DNA from: Eledone cirrhosa
Taxonomy: Eukaryota
Reading direction: 5' to 3'
Length of the DNA stretch: 64,000 bases
Assembly (NCBI GenBank): GCA_964016885.1
Contig: OZ024743.1
Span: 252,588,001-252,652,000 of the forward strand
Positions 27,060 to 40,854 of this stretch are shown one piece after another. The notes under the pieces were generated by a model. That model worked only from the letters and a program-made list of their open reading frames with translations, was not told the origin of the DNA and searched no databases. Each line of letters opens with the position of its first letter. Positions within the stretch are counted from its first letter, which is position 1. The position numbers and the translations under genes are program-made.

Positions 27060-30000
27060 CTGGTTGCCTTTCGATATGATGGATGGAATACGAAATTCTG
27101 GAGAGTCTGAAAAAATCTGGACACTCAGTGACAATGCCAAAGATACAGACAAATTCACCTCATGTTGCCGGACGAGAATGCAAGGACTCCTCCTCTTTAT
27201 TTAGGCCGCGGAGGGCTAACATAGCCCCATCCCCCACCTCTCCCTACGCCCTGTCCTTCCCACCCACCAAACGCAATTCAAAACATCAGAGTTGGTACCA
27301 TGAATGTAGGTACCTTAAAAGGTTGCTCTAATGATGTTGTAGAGATGCTTGAACATAAGGAGGTTGATGTTTGCTGTATTCAAGAGACCAGGTGGAGGGG
27401 TGGGTCTGCTAGCTTCATTGTGGGTAAAAAACGATGCTATAAGCTTTTCTGGGTGGGAAATAACAATGGGATGGGTGGAGTAGGAATCATGCAAGCAGAA
27501 AAATGGGTAGATAAGATAATAGACGTAAATAGAGTGAACGACGGAATAATTAAAATAAGACTTGTCCTCAATAGAACTACTGTGACAATAATATCTGCGT
27601 ATGCACCCCAACCCGGTCTGCCTGGCATTATAAAAGACAGATACTATGAGTCGTTAATGCTCATTACCTCCCAAATAATCGACAGTGACTATATAATTAT
27701 TGCTGGCGACCTAAATGGTCACGTTGGACAACACTGTGGCGGCTATGACGGAATCCATGGAGGCTATGGGTTTGGTATAAGAAATGAGGAAGGCTCCAGA
27801 ATCCTGGAATTCTGTGACGCAAATAATCTAACTGTAACACAAACTTCAAAAAACGAGACAATCACTTGATCACCTATAGATCAGGGGAACACGCCAGTCA
27901 GATAGATTATATCCTTACCAGAAGACGAGACAGAGTGTCTGTTGTAAACACTAAATTCCTCCCCCATGAAGAATGCACCTCCCAAAATAGACTCATAGTT
28001 AGCGACCTCATAGTCAGGACGAGACGTATTCGACAACAGAAGAGGACTATCCTTAGGAGAAAAATATGGAAGGTAAAGGACCCGACACACAGTAATAAAT
28101 TTAAAAGCATATTACTTGATGCTTTTGACAGTAAGGAAGAGCAATTAGAGGCGTACAATATAGAGGAACAGGGGAATTCCTGAAAGCTAACCTGCTGAAG
28201 GCGACAGATGAAATCTGTGGTGGAGCAGACCTATAGGCAGGAGAGTAACTTGGTGGTGGAACAGTAAGGTGGAGGAGTCGATCAAGGCCAAAAAGCAGGC
28301 TTGGAAAGTATGGCGGGATGGGGGAGGTAGAGAAGACTATCAAGTGGCCAGGAGGGAAGCTAGGAGACAAGTGTACTTCGCAAGATGGGAAGCGGAGGTA
28401 GAAAGTTCAAGCATGTTCTACAACGCGAGAACCAAACACGTGTGGTGTTCAGGATTGCTAGACATTGTGTCAAGGAGAACCGTGATATTGTCGGGGAGAA
28501 GTGTGTCCGTAAGGATGATGGTGTACTTGCCATCACTGACGCTGATAAGAAGGTAGCTTGGAAGTGTCACTACGAAAGGCTACTAAATGAGGAGAATAGA
28601 TGGGAGAAAGACAGCCTCCCCCACATCGATCCAATAGAGGGACCAGCAGTGCAAGTTGAAGGTAGTATAATAAGTAAGGCAATCAAAGATATGAAGACGG
28701 ACAAGGCGGCTGGGCCTTCGGAAATAGTTGCTGAAAATCTGAAAGCATCTGGAACGGTGGGACACACTATGGTCACCCGGATAGTAAACCAAATTATACA
28801 GAATGGGGTCGAAACAAAGGACTGGCGTAGCAGCATCATCATTAACTGCTACAAGGGTAAATGAGACACCCTAGATAGGGGAAACTATAGAGACATTAAA
28901 TTAATTGACCAGGTCATGAAGGTTACAGAAAAAGTAATAGCGCAACTAATCAGAGAACCAATTGATCTAGATGAAATGCAGTTCGGGTTTGTGTCTGGTA
29001 AAAGTACCACAGACGCTCTTTTCATTGTACGACAACTACAGGAGAAGTACCTAGCTAAAAGTAAACCCCTCTACTTAGCTTTTGTAGACCTGGAGAAAGC
29101 CTTTGACAGAGTCCCCCGCTCCATTATCTGGTGGGCTCTTAGAAAACTAGGTGTAGATGAATGGCTTGTGAGCGCTATACAAGCCATGTATAAAGAAACA
29201 GTCAGCATGGTTAGAATTAACAACGAATATAGTGAAGAGTTTAGCGTAAAACTTGGTGTTCATCAGGGCTTCGCCATTAGCCCACCTCCTATTTATTATC
29301 GCCCTCCAAGCTATAACGGAGGAGTTCAAGACTGGCTGCCCATGAGAACTTCTATAAGCAGATGATCTAACACTCATAGCCAAATCAATGGTTGAACTAG
29401 AGAAGAAATTCCAAACATGGAAGCATGGCCTAGAATCTAAAGGGCTTAAAGTTAACTTGTCTAAGACTAAAGTCCTAATATGTAGGAAGGAGAATAGGGC
29501 ACTGGTCCCATCTGGGAAATGGCCATGCTCAATGTGTAGAAAAGGCGTAAGCAGAAACTACATTTTATGTCCCAAATGCAAAGAATGGGTGCATAAAAGA
29601 TGTAGTGGGATCACAGGTAAGCTAACTAAGAATATAGATTTTATATGTGGCCGGTGCTCTGGTGCAATAAGTAGCAGCAAATGCCCACAGAATACTAGCT
29701 CATTCCATTGCCCAGATGGTTCTATAGAAATAGTGGACACCTTCCGTTACCTGGATGACAAAATCAGCAGGGGTGGAGGGTGCTCCGAAATTACTGTAGC
29801 TAGAGTCCGAACGGGATGGAAAAAGTTCAGAGAGCTTATACCACTATTGGCCGCTAAAGGTTTCTCTCTAAAAATAAAAGGCAGGCTGTATGATGCCTGC
29901 ATACGAACAGCGATGTTACATGGCAGTGAGACATGGGCCTAGTGTGCAGAGGATCTATGCAGACTGGAGAGGAACGAAGCTTGTATGCTCCGTTGGATGT

Positions 30001-30575
30001 GCAATAGTAATATACGCGAAGCATAATACGCAAAGCATAAATGAACTAACTGAGAAATTAAGAATAAGAGGGATAAGATGCTGTTTACTCGAGAGAAGAC
30101 TACGTTGGTATGGCCACGTGATGCGCATGAAAGACGACAGCTGTATAAAAAAGTACAGGGCGATCAAAATAGACGGTAGCTACGAAGTAGGCAGACCCAG
30201 AAAAACCTGGGACGACTTGATAAAATCTGACTTCACAAACTTACACCTCTCCAAGACACTATCACTGGACCGAGATCTTTGGCGCTACACAGTAATACAG
30301 AAGACCTGCCTTGCCTAAGTACAAAGCGAAACCTACAGTCAGTAGGCACCTCTTAACCAAAATACACCCCCGTCCCACTAACCCTACCTCCACCGCCATA
30401 TAAACCACCCCTTTCGATGTAAAGCTATGTTGGTACCACAACATCCAGTCGTTGAAAACCCGCCAGAAAGTCTTGAGCAAGACAGCCATTCTTGCCTCAA
30501 GTGGGACAATTCCCGCCCAGACCCATGCTAGTGTGGAAAATGGACGTTAAACGATGATGATGATGAGGATGATGA
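27060..30575 (+). mobile_element. RTE-clade LINE (APE + RT + PHD-type finger), frameshifted
   Basis: APE motifs (NVGTL, IQETRW, SAYAPQ, AGDLNGHVG, QIDYIL), RT motifs (QFGF, FVDLEKAFDRV, GVHQG), C-terminal RLRWYGHVMRM..GRPRKTWD, and a 3' tail GGACGTTAAAC(GAT)n. Confidence 0.92.
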
Positions 30576-30577
30576 TC

Positions 30578-30721
30578 TGTATGTATATATATATATATAT
30601 GTATATATATATGTATATATATATGTATATATATATGTATATATATATGTATATATATATTTATATATATTAGTTTGTTATATGCTATGTATATAGGTAT
30701 GAATGTACATATAGATGTATG

Positions 30722-30752
<31 letters not shown>

Positions 30753-30790
30753 GTGTGTGTGTCTTTGTGCATGTGTGTGTACATGCATGT
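30578..30790. repeat. Compound (TA)n/(TG)n microsatellite
   Basis: Direct reading. Confidence 0.95.
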
Positions 30791-31099
30791 TAAAAAAGTC
30801 TACTTCCCGTTTGGCCTGAAGGGATTCTACTTATTATATTTTAAATTACTTCTTACTTCATGAACTTTCCGTGCACTCTTTCCAGAGGGAACTGATGAAC
30901 CCAGTATAATCCAGTTATCTCCAAATTAACTGTCTGGAAGTGTATATCATGTTTCCAGTAGATAGAACACCAATGGTTAGAGGAAGGGAGGGGTGGAGTA
31001 GAGGTGGAGAAGGAGGATTAGTTCTTAGCTTTAGTATCTAAACCAACATGGCTAAGTTTTTCAAATCTACTCATTCCAGCCTTGTTTCTAATTCTGTTA

Positions 31100-31589
<490 letters not shown>

Positions 31590-31597
<8 letters not shown>

Positions 31598-31839
31598 ATA
31601 CTTTGGGAGGGTCATGTTGCCAATAAGAAACACACGCACCAGTTGCTTTCATTTCAATTTATTCTAATAAATTTATAAATTTAGGAATTTATAAATTTCC
31701 GGTTGGTTGGTTTGTTCCACAACCAGATGATTATTTATAAATTCATAAATTTATAAATTTATTATAATAAACTGAAGTGAAAGCAACTCGTGCGTGTGTT
31801 TCTTATTGGCAACATGACCCTCCCAAAGTATAACAATAT
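31590..31839. mobile_element. Fold-back/MITE-like element with about 90-bp inverted arms, in (TA)n
   Basis: TATTGTTATACTTTGGGAGGGTCATGTTGCCAATAAGAAACACACGCAC is mirrored at about 31790-31839. A related end occurs at about 25715-25790. Confidence 0.8.
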
Positions 31840-31893
31840 CGGTTTCAACACACGTTTTCAGATAAAGAATCTTGCTAAACAAATTCAGAAACG

Positions 31894-31967
<74 letters not shown>

Positions 31968-32010
31968 GTCAGTGTGAATATTGTGATTATTGTGCAGTTT
32001 ATTTCAAATC

Positions 32011-32126
32011 TCAATGTATGAAAGATCTTCCGTCCGGAAAGGCAAGAATATCGTATTGAAGTGTTTTACAAGTAGAACTACTATCGTTGGTGCCATTTAG
32101 AAAATCGTATTTACTGTTATTTTCAC
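32011..32126 (-). other. Possible terminal coding exon of an unidentified host gene
   Basis: Pyrimidine-rich acceptor TCTTTTGTATCTTCAG, open frame (G)ENNSKYDFLNGTNDSSSTCKTLQYDILAFPDGRSFIH-stop, and AATAAA a few nt after the stop. No homology recognised. Confidence 0.25.
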
Positions 32127-32726
32127 CTGAAGATACAAAAGATACAAGGAACAGAATATTTGTACAATGCCATTTCAATCAGAACAATCTGTTTAAAATA
32201 GATTTACTAAATGGACTGGAAACAATCAATGGATCCATATGACTGTGCACAAGTATCTGTCTGCCTCTTCCTCTCTCTCTCTCTCTCTCTTTGTCTCTTC
32301 TTCTCTCTTTGTCTCTTTCTCTCTCTCTCTCTTCCTCTCTCTCTCTATCTCTCTCTGTCTTTTTCATTGTATTTCTCAGTGTCTCTTGCCCTATGGCTTT
32401 CATTTATCTCTCTCTCCCCCTCTCTCTGTCTTCTCATGATTTCCCAGTCCTTCTCTATGTCATTCTTTCTCTCTCATTTATTCTCTCTCTCATTCATTTT
32501 CACTATCTCTGTATGATTTCAAAATATCTACTAATGTATTACTTTGTATCCTATAATTTTGACATTTTATTTACTCAGTTTTTATTTTTATTTCTTCTCT
32601 CTTGTTTATTTCTTTGTTTCATGGCCTCTTTTGGTTTTCATATTATTTAATTCGACAAACACAGCACAGACATGGCTGTTTGGTTAAAGAAGTTTACTTC
32701 ACAACTATGTCGTTTCAGATTTAGAT

Positions 32727-32960
32727 GCAATACATCTCCAGATACAATTCATTCCAGAAATAATTTATCTCCAGATACTATTCATTTACAGATATAATTC
32801 ATCTCCAGATAATATATCTCCTGGTGCAATACATTGCCAGATACAATACCTCTCCAGATACAATACATCTCCGGATACAATACATCTCCTCATTCAATAC
32901 ATCTATAACAATATATCTACATATACAATTCATCAACAACAGTTCATTTACAGATACAAT
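32727..32960. repeat. Degenerate 17-bp minisatellite (CAATACATCTCCAGATA)
   Basis: About a dozen diverged tandem units. Confidence 0.8.
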
Positions 32961-33135
32961 ACATACTTTTATTCTTCTATTGGTTTCAGTTATTAGAGGG
33001 CAGCCATGTTGTGGTGCTTGCCTTGAATTTAGTTGATTATATCAACCTCACGATATATCTTTTTAAAGATACTTATTTTATTTAACTCTCTTGTTTGAGC
33101 TACTAAGTGACAGGACATAAACACAGACACAAACA

Positions 33136-33195
<60 letters not shown>

Positions 33196-33207
33196 CATGT
33201 GCACACA

Positions 33208-33370
33208 ATAGGCTTCTGTAGTTTTTGTCTACCAAATTCCACTTACAAGACATTACTCAACCTGAGGCTATAGTAAAAGACACTTGCCCAAGTTGCCAAA
33301 TTGGGGTCTGAACACGGAACCAAGTAATTCTAAAGTAAACACCTTAACCACACAGCCATGCCTGCACCTA
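33208..33370 (-). mobile_element. CORE-type tRNA SINE
   Basis: The minus strand has A-box TGGCTGTGTGG and CORE-like TTGGGCAAGTGTCTT. A related copy lies at about 18620-18742. Confidence 0.65.
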
Positions 33371-34677
33371 CAACTTCCTCTATAGGTAAAATTCATTTAC
33401 AACATAGTGAAATTTGGCAAGGGCAAAACAGGATAAAATTGTGTAGTTAAACTGAGGTCACAGTGTGATTTGATCTCAGAAAGCAAAGAATCACAGCAAG
33501 TACCACATGGCAGCTGATCTGACACTTTAAGAGACCTGCTAGCCTCTCATTTAGAATGAATAATTTATTTCTATGCTTTCGAAAGAATTAAACACAAATT
33601 TAATACAAGTATTCTTCTTCTGGGAATTAATTGTGTGTAGATATGAAGTTCCCTTATATAGATAGTGAGAAGGATCGTTTAAAAGGTCATTATTTATGAC
33701 TAATTGTTACATGCCAAGCAAAGAAAAACAAACTAAAATTTCTCAGTTAATATGTCTTTATTACCAACAACTTGGCGTAACATTAATTATCCTACCATAA
33801 AATACAATCAACATGTCAACTAGGCTTGCCCTTATAACCTCTCAACTTATCTGTTATAACAATTCATAGCAGATCGAAAAGGAAATCACTACATGATAAC
33901 ACATTAGATCAATGGTCATAAATAGCTAGAGAGACTATATTCACATTACAAGATGTTTTTTTAAAGTTTGTTAATTAGCAGAATCATTAGAGCATCAGAC
34001 AAAATGCCTTGTAGTATTTGTTCCATCTCTTTACATTATGAGTTTAAAAATGAAAAGTTAAACTAAATAAATATGATTTGATAGTTCTGTAGCATATTCT
34101 AGTGGGCAATGTTAAATCACTGCAATGCATGTAAATAGTGTGGGTTTATGTATATAACAATGAAATAAAACAACAAAAATAATGTTTTATATTTTGGATC
34201 AATGATAAGAAATAGCAACAGAAAGAGACTGTATTCACATTATGAGATTATTTTGATATCCTGTTTCTTGAAGGCGGTAAATGAGCCGAGTTATTAAAAT
34301 GTTGGATAGAATGTATTTGTTTTGACTTTCTGCACTGTAAGCTCAAATCCTGCTGAGATCAACTTTGCCTTTCATCCTTTCAAGGTCAATAAATAAAGTA
34401 CCAGTACAATAAGCATATTGACTCTGTCTCTTTCTTTCTGGAAGAAATCATCCATATTTTACCGAGATCAGAAGGATGAAAGGCAAAGTTGATCTCAACA
34501 GGGTTTGAGATCAAAGTGCAAAGATCCATAGTTAAATATCAAAATATATTTCATCCAAAGTTCTACAAACAACAACAATAATTTCTAATTTAGGCGCAAG
34601 GCCAGTAATTTAGAGGATTGTCAATTATATTGACCCAGTACTTGACTGATAAATTGTTTTATTGACTCTGAAAGAAT

Positions 34678-37600
34678 GATTTCTTTATTAAAACAAGGGT
34701 TTACATAAAGTAGACATTAAGGACAGTGCAGGACAATACAGGACGGTACAAATGGGCATTTCTGCGTGTAAAAAACAAAAACAGAGGATGTAACAAAAAA
34801 ATAACAATGAAAAATTCCCCAATAGGGGGAGACTTCGGAGGGACATTTGTGGAGAAAGCCCAGTAAAAGGCCACAGTGATCCTGACCACCAAGGCAAGTG
34901 CCCTCTCCCAGTTTTCCACCTTTAATTTACAGATACGTACTCAGAGTAGGCCCATTCACTCGGGCCATTCTTGCTTCTCTCACCCATTTTTCAACAAAAT
35001 GCTGGGAAGAGAGCACTTCCCACTCTACCCTGATTTTCCTTTTCAAATGAAATTTGAAAAAGTTAATCAGGGCATCACAGAAGAGGTAAGTGCTCGTCTT
35101 CAGCCCTTTCAAACGTGTCCACCATACTATCGCTTTCGCCATGGCCACCAGACAGATAAAAACTGCCTGCCCTTCCCGGCTAAAGGAAGAGGGCGGGGCA
35201 AGCCTCAAGATGGACTCAGATGATAGCCGGATCCGTCCTACACGCGACAGCAGGTGTTTGACATAGACCCACAAGTCAGAAATTTTCGGACACTGGACGA
35301 GTGCGTGCAGGACGGTTTCGTCGCCCTGCGCACATCTCGGACATGCCCGGCTGACGGCACCTCCATGCCTGTAGAGTTTATCCCGAACTGGCAAGGCTCA
35401 TCTGTAGCACTGCCAGGCCAGAGATTTCTGGAAGTTGTCCATAGGTCTCGGCCCGCAAGTTCTTCCGAAGAGATTGGCTAGTTGATTTTCGTCGACGCCT
35501 AGAGTTTCACCAAGTACGTCGTCACTCTTCCCCTCCACTAATACTCTATAGAACGCCGAGGTCGAGTTTCCACCGATCACATTGCCCGAGTGGTCGAGGG
35601 CTGTGAGCGCCTGAAGACATTCCAGTCTCCAGGCGCTCCTTCTCGGTCTTCGCTTGACCCAGGACTGCAGCTCCGTCAAGGAAACGAGCTGGGGAAATAC
35701 GTGTCTAGCAAACGGCGACCACAACTGATTACCGTCGAGGAAGAGGTGGAGATATCGTAGCCTGAGCGCGTGTCTGCGCATCATCAGCCACGGTAAGCCC
35801 AGCCCTCCACGTAGCGGGTGTTGACAACAGATGGACCGCCTGACCATCGGAGCACGTCCCTTCCACAAAAAGCGAAAGAGCAAACGCTCCAGCGCGGACA
35901 AGCGGGGCTTAGGACAAGGTACGACGCTCAGGCGGTAGCAGATGACAGACGCGATGTACGCGTTAGCCACCTTCGCTCGACCTTTCAGGGATAGCTTCCT
36001 CTCCGCCCATTTCTGGGTGAGAGAGCCACTCCTCTCGTCACCTCGTCCCAGTTTTTGTCCGTCTGGAGGTCCGGACCGAAACAGACCCCTAGCAATTTAA
36101 CCGGTCCGCCCGTCCAGCGCCCGACGACGCTGTTGGACGGCATGGACCTGCCTCTCCAGGTGCCGAGCTGCAGGCCCACTGACTTTTCCTGGTTGATCAT
36201 TACTCCTGTCACCGCTTCGTATTTTCTTAGTGTAGTGCCGATCGCCTCGATGTATTTGTCGTTCGACACCACTACGGTGACATCATCCGCATATGCTGAC
36301 ACGGATCTTCCGCATCCTAGTTCGCGCGGAACGCCCCTCAACGTCTCCAGTTTGTGCAGTAATGGCTCGAGAGTCAATACGTACAAGAGGGACGAGAGGG
36401 GACATCCTTGGCGGACCGAGCGCATGATGTTGAACGGTTCCGAAAGGTGACCGTTCACTCTCACCACAGAGCAGATGTCGCTGTGCTTGGCAGCGATCCA
36501 GCCTCTTGAAGACGGGCCCAAAGGCATCCGCCCTCAGGACTGCCGCTAGGTAACGATGGTCGACCCTATCGAAAGCTTTCGACTGATCTAAATTGATCAA
36601 GGACCCACCCGTGCCAGGTTCCCTAGCTACCCTCTCTACGATGTATTGCATGAGGTGGAGGTTGTCGCGGATGGATCTGTCGGGTATGGCACGCGTTTGC
36701 GGATCTCCCACCATACCACCAACGACAAGCGCCAACCTCTTTGCTAGCACCTTGGCCAAAATCTTGAACTCTGTGTTTAGCAGAGTTATGGGCCTGAAAT
36801 TATCTATGTTAATTATCCTTGTTCGGATCCTTTCTCAGCAGCGCCACAGCTCCTTGGCTCACAGAGCTTGGAATTCTCCCGATCTGTTGCCAGTTGCAGT
36901 AGACGTCCGCCAAGAGGCCTACGAACAAATCTGGCATCTGTACGTAAAGTTCATATGACAGACCATCCAAACCAGGCGATTTACCCCTTGTGCAGCCAGT
37001 CATTGCCTCCCGTACTTCAGCGGCTGTTATCGGCTTTTCGCAACACTCCGCCTCAGTGGCCGAGAGCCGCGGTAGTCCGTAGAGGTAGACACTAAAGTCC
37101 ATCCCTCGACCCGGCGCACCGCTGCCCCCGAACAGCTGAGCGAAGTGTCGCCGAAAAGCTTCACACATTTGCCCGGGATCGAGTAGCATGCGCCCGTCGT
37201 GGTCCACCAAAGACCGGATGGTGGCTTTGTTGCCACGACGCGCCTCCGCCACTCGGGCCCATTGAACGGCTTTCGTCCCCTCGTGTCTGAGAGCACGCAC
37301 CCTAGCTCTGACAACGCAGCCTTCGTGCTTTGCATTGAAGAATTGGTCAAGCGCCAATTTCGCCGCAAGCACGTCGGTCACGATGCCTTTGCTAAGTGCC
37401 TCGTCTAATTTTCTAACTAGTTCTCCCTCTGCTCTATTTTTCTCTATTGCTAAAGCCTAACGAAACCTAATGGATTCTATTCTAATCGCTCTTTTCAGAG
37501 CAAACCACCAATTGTTGTTGACGATGGCCCGCGTCCACGCCCGCTTAACTAGTTCGCTAATCCGGTCTCTGTAGGCTTTGCGCGCTGGTATGGACGCGTT

Positions 37601-40472
37601 TAGCTTCCAGTAGCCGAATCCTCGTCTATGAAGCCTATCTAAGTCAAGCACAAAGATCACGAATTTGTGGTCCGTGTAGCTGACTATCTTGAATTGTGGA
37701 CAGCCTATGCTAGACCTATCTATTTCCCTACAAAATACTCTATCTAGATATGATCTGGATGACCCTATACGATTTGTCCAAGTCCACATTGGCACATTCG
37801 GGAAATCCAATCGGTACCTGTCAGACAGTTCAAAACGCCTGAGCAGGTTGGTGAGGCTCTTGCACCCTCCACCCCTATCCGCTAATCCCACACAGTCCCA
37901 GCGTGCATCTAAGATCCCGTTCCAGTCGCCCACTAACACTAAAGAGCGGCACGTTCCAAGAAAGGTCTCCAGACGCCGGAAGAAATCAGGCCGCCCTGCT
38001 CCTGTAGGGGCATAGACGGCCACTAGCCTGAAAGCTTTCCCGTCTCCGATGGTCACGTCCAGCACCACCAACTTACCCTCTGGGTCCAGGAAGATGGCCC
38101 GTATGGCGAGATCCAAACCTTTCCGAAAAAGCACAGCAACTCCTTCCCCCGATCCCGGACGGCTGGGAGATGCGTACACATCGTAACCGCCGAAGATCGG
38201 TGCGAAGGCCCGTGCTTCGGAGATTCTGGTCTCGCTGATGGCCACTACATCTATGTTTAGTGACCTGAAGTCGTTGAGCAGGTGAGGTGGCCCTGCTTCC
38301 ATGACGACCTCTAGACACGCGCATCTAGGCTGCCTATTCTGAGTGAGGTCATGTTGAACTGGAGTGGAAAAGATGGGAAAGATAACTTACCTTACTTCTC
38401 GTAGAGGAAGGATGGTTTGTCCATCCTTTTCACTGCTTGTGGCCTCCTCCGGAAGGATGTCCTTATAAATCCTTCTGGAGAGTGTTTGTCGGAAGTCTCC
38501 GATGTCTTTGGGGAATTTTTGTTTTAGTGTCGTGTACGTTTTCTGCGTGATGCGAGTGATTTGTATGTGTGGAGGTGGTGTGAACTTCTGGGTTGTTGTG
38601 TAGTCTTTTTCTGTGATGCTGGTGTTGTGTTGCATGTGGTGTAATAATTGGTTGTTGTTCAAATTTAATGCTGTATAGTGTGTATCGTTTTGGTTGTTTT
38701 GTTTTGTTTGCGTTTGTTGTGGGTTTGTTTCTGTTTCGCTTTTTGGTGACTTTTGTGGTGTGGTGATGGTGGTGTTGGGGTTAATGATGGTGATGGTGTT
38801 GGTGTTTGTGGTGATACGGTTGGTGATGCTGGTGTGGATGGTGGCATATCTGTCCTAACGTTTTTGTTTGATAGTTTATTTGTTTCCCTCTGTATTTTGT
38901 TTTTGGAGGGGGAATGAAGAGAATTTTTTTCTTTTTTGGTTTCTTTTTTTCTTTTTTCCTGATACCGTTTCCCACTCCTCGTTGTCACAATCTGTCTCCA
39001 GTTGCGATAAGCCGGGGAGTGGAAAATCCTCCACAGGCGTTGGTTTTGGTTGTGGCGTGGTGGATGGTGTAGGCTCTGGTGCTACTTCTGGCCCGTTGGG
39101 TGGTGAGGGTTGGTTTTGCTACTGTTGCTGGGGTCGTTGCTGTTACAGTTGCTTCTGTTGTTGCTGCTACAGTTGTTGCTGCCATCTCTGCTGCTGGTGG
39201 TGTTGATGGTTGAGTCACTGGGGTGGGTAAGAGAGGTGGCCTCAACCTTTTAGCCTGAGGGCAGAAAGCCCTTAGGTGGGTTTCTTCACCACAAACGACA
39301 CACCTAGGCATTCTGCCCTTGACGATTACGGTGAGGTGGCTGCCGTCAGTGAGGTCTATTACCTCTGCGATCTCCTCAATTCTTTTATGGTCCGCTTGGA
39401 TCAGGAGCTCCATCCCAGATCCGCACCAGTACTCCTGCTTTTCTTTCGCTATTCGATTATCTTGGTGTTGGCCTCGATGCCGGCGAGGACGGCAGCCATT
39501 AGCAGGAATTTCGATGGCCGGTGGAACGTGGGTCACCCTGATCTTCACGAGTCTCTGGCCACAATAGCTTGGGACGAGTGTGAATTCGTCACTTCTTAAT
39601 GAGGCCATAGAGTGTTCTCTGGCCTCCTGTGGTGTTTCAAATAACACGTCCACGGTTCCATATTTCTGCCCACGTCTGATGTGGGTTTTTATTGCCCACA
39701 TATGTCCCAAAGCTTTTTGGATTTGGGACTCGCCCGTTCTACTCGGCGCGATTTTATGTTAATCGTTCGATAAGACACGGTGCATAGACGCCAATGCTCC
39801 ATTATATTAGGGGGGGGGGGCTGACCCTGTAGTACCCATCTTTCTTTACCATTCTTTTGGCTTCTTCTAATTCCTCCTGAGTTACCTGGATCACTTCGCA
39901 CGTTTTTGCTACTCTCGCAAAAGACAGGGTAGTTTTCTTAATTTCATCGTTGCTGTTGTTGTTATCGTTATTTTTGTTATTGTTAATTTTAGTTTCAGTT
40001 GTGGTGGTGGTGGCGTCAGTGGTGTTCGGTGTGGAAGAGTTCATTTCGATATCATGAGATAATTTATTTTTTTCTGTTGTCGGTGTGGTGGCTGCTTTAT
40101 CACCTGCAGTCATTGGTAATGGCGGGAAATGACTGACTGCCTGAGACAAATTTAAAATAGTGCTACTGCTTATATTTTTAATGTTGGCAAACGTAGTAAT
40201 ATTTACAATGGTATCGGTGTGAGGTGTTAGTTTGTGAGGAAGGTGTGAGTCGTCCATGATTTTTCAAAGAAAAATTTTTATTTGATAATTATAAATGTTT
40301 AAATTTTTTGGGCTCAAGGCCCCAATCTTTTTGAGTTTCCTTTTCAGAAAACAATGTATGTGCACTTATATACAGTTAACAATAAAAATGTTCCATAAAT
40401 GCAATTTTAAACAACTGAAAATAACAAACCTTTGCGGAGCTGACGATAATACGATTTACTACGTAGGTCGCC
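34678..40472 (-). mobile_element. Near full-length Tx1/L1-clade LINE, copy 2, disrupted
   Basis: Same 5' start (GGCGACCTACGTAGTAAATCG) as copy 1. ORF1 starts at 40257 with CVVCGEETHLRAFC (CX2CX4HX4C). ORF2 spans about 38352-34927 with APE, RT (AYADD) and CCHC. The 5' end abuts (TAA)n at 40473-40502. Confidence 0.94.
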
Positions 40473-40504
40473 AATAATAATAATAATAATGATAATGATA
40501 ATTG

Positions 40505-40843
40505 TTAATGTGGCCTGCCCCTTTTGACACAAGAATGCAAGAAAAGGAGAAGGAGAAAATTAACCAAGACCAGAATTTAAAGAGGGAATTAAAAAGGATT
40601 TGTGACTGTCATGAGATCAAAGTCATCCCGATTGTCAGAGGAGCACTAGGCACTATCTCGAAGAGTTTTCAAGGATGGTTAATGGACATTGGTCCAACCC
40701 CCTTTTTTTGGAAACATTAAAAAGGCATGCTTGCTGGGAACAGCAAGAATCCTCCGATACATCCTGAATATCTGAGGCTGCAAGTAGCGGCATGATGTTC
40801 ATTTGGACAACCGTTCCAGTTAAATAACATCAACTGAGACTCC
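40505..40843 (+). mobile_element. Dong-like LINE 3' fragment, head-to-head with Tx1 copy 2
   Basis: PFDTRMQEKEKEKIN..IKVIPIV.GALGTISKSFQGWL plus the same 3' UTR. Confidence 0.88.
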
Positions 40844-40854
40844 AATAATGATAA

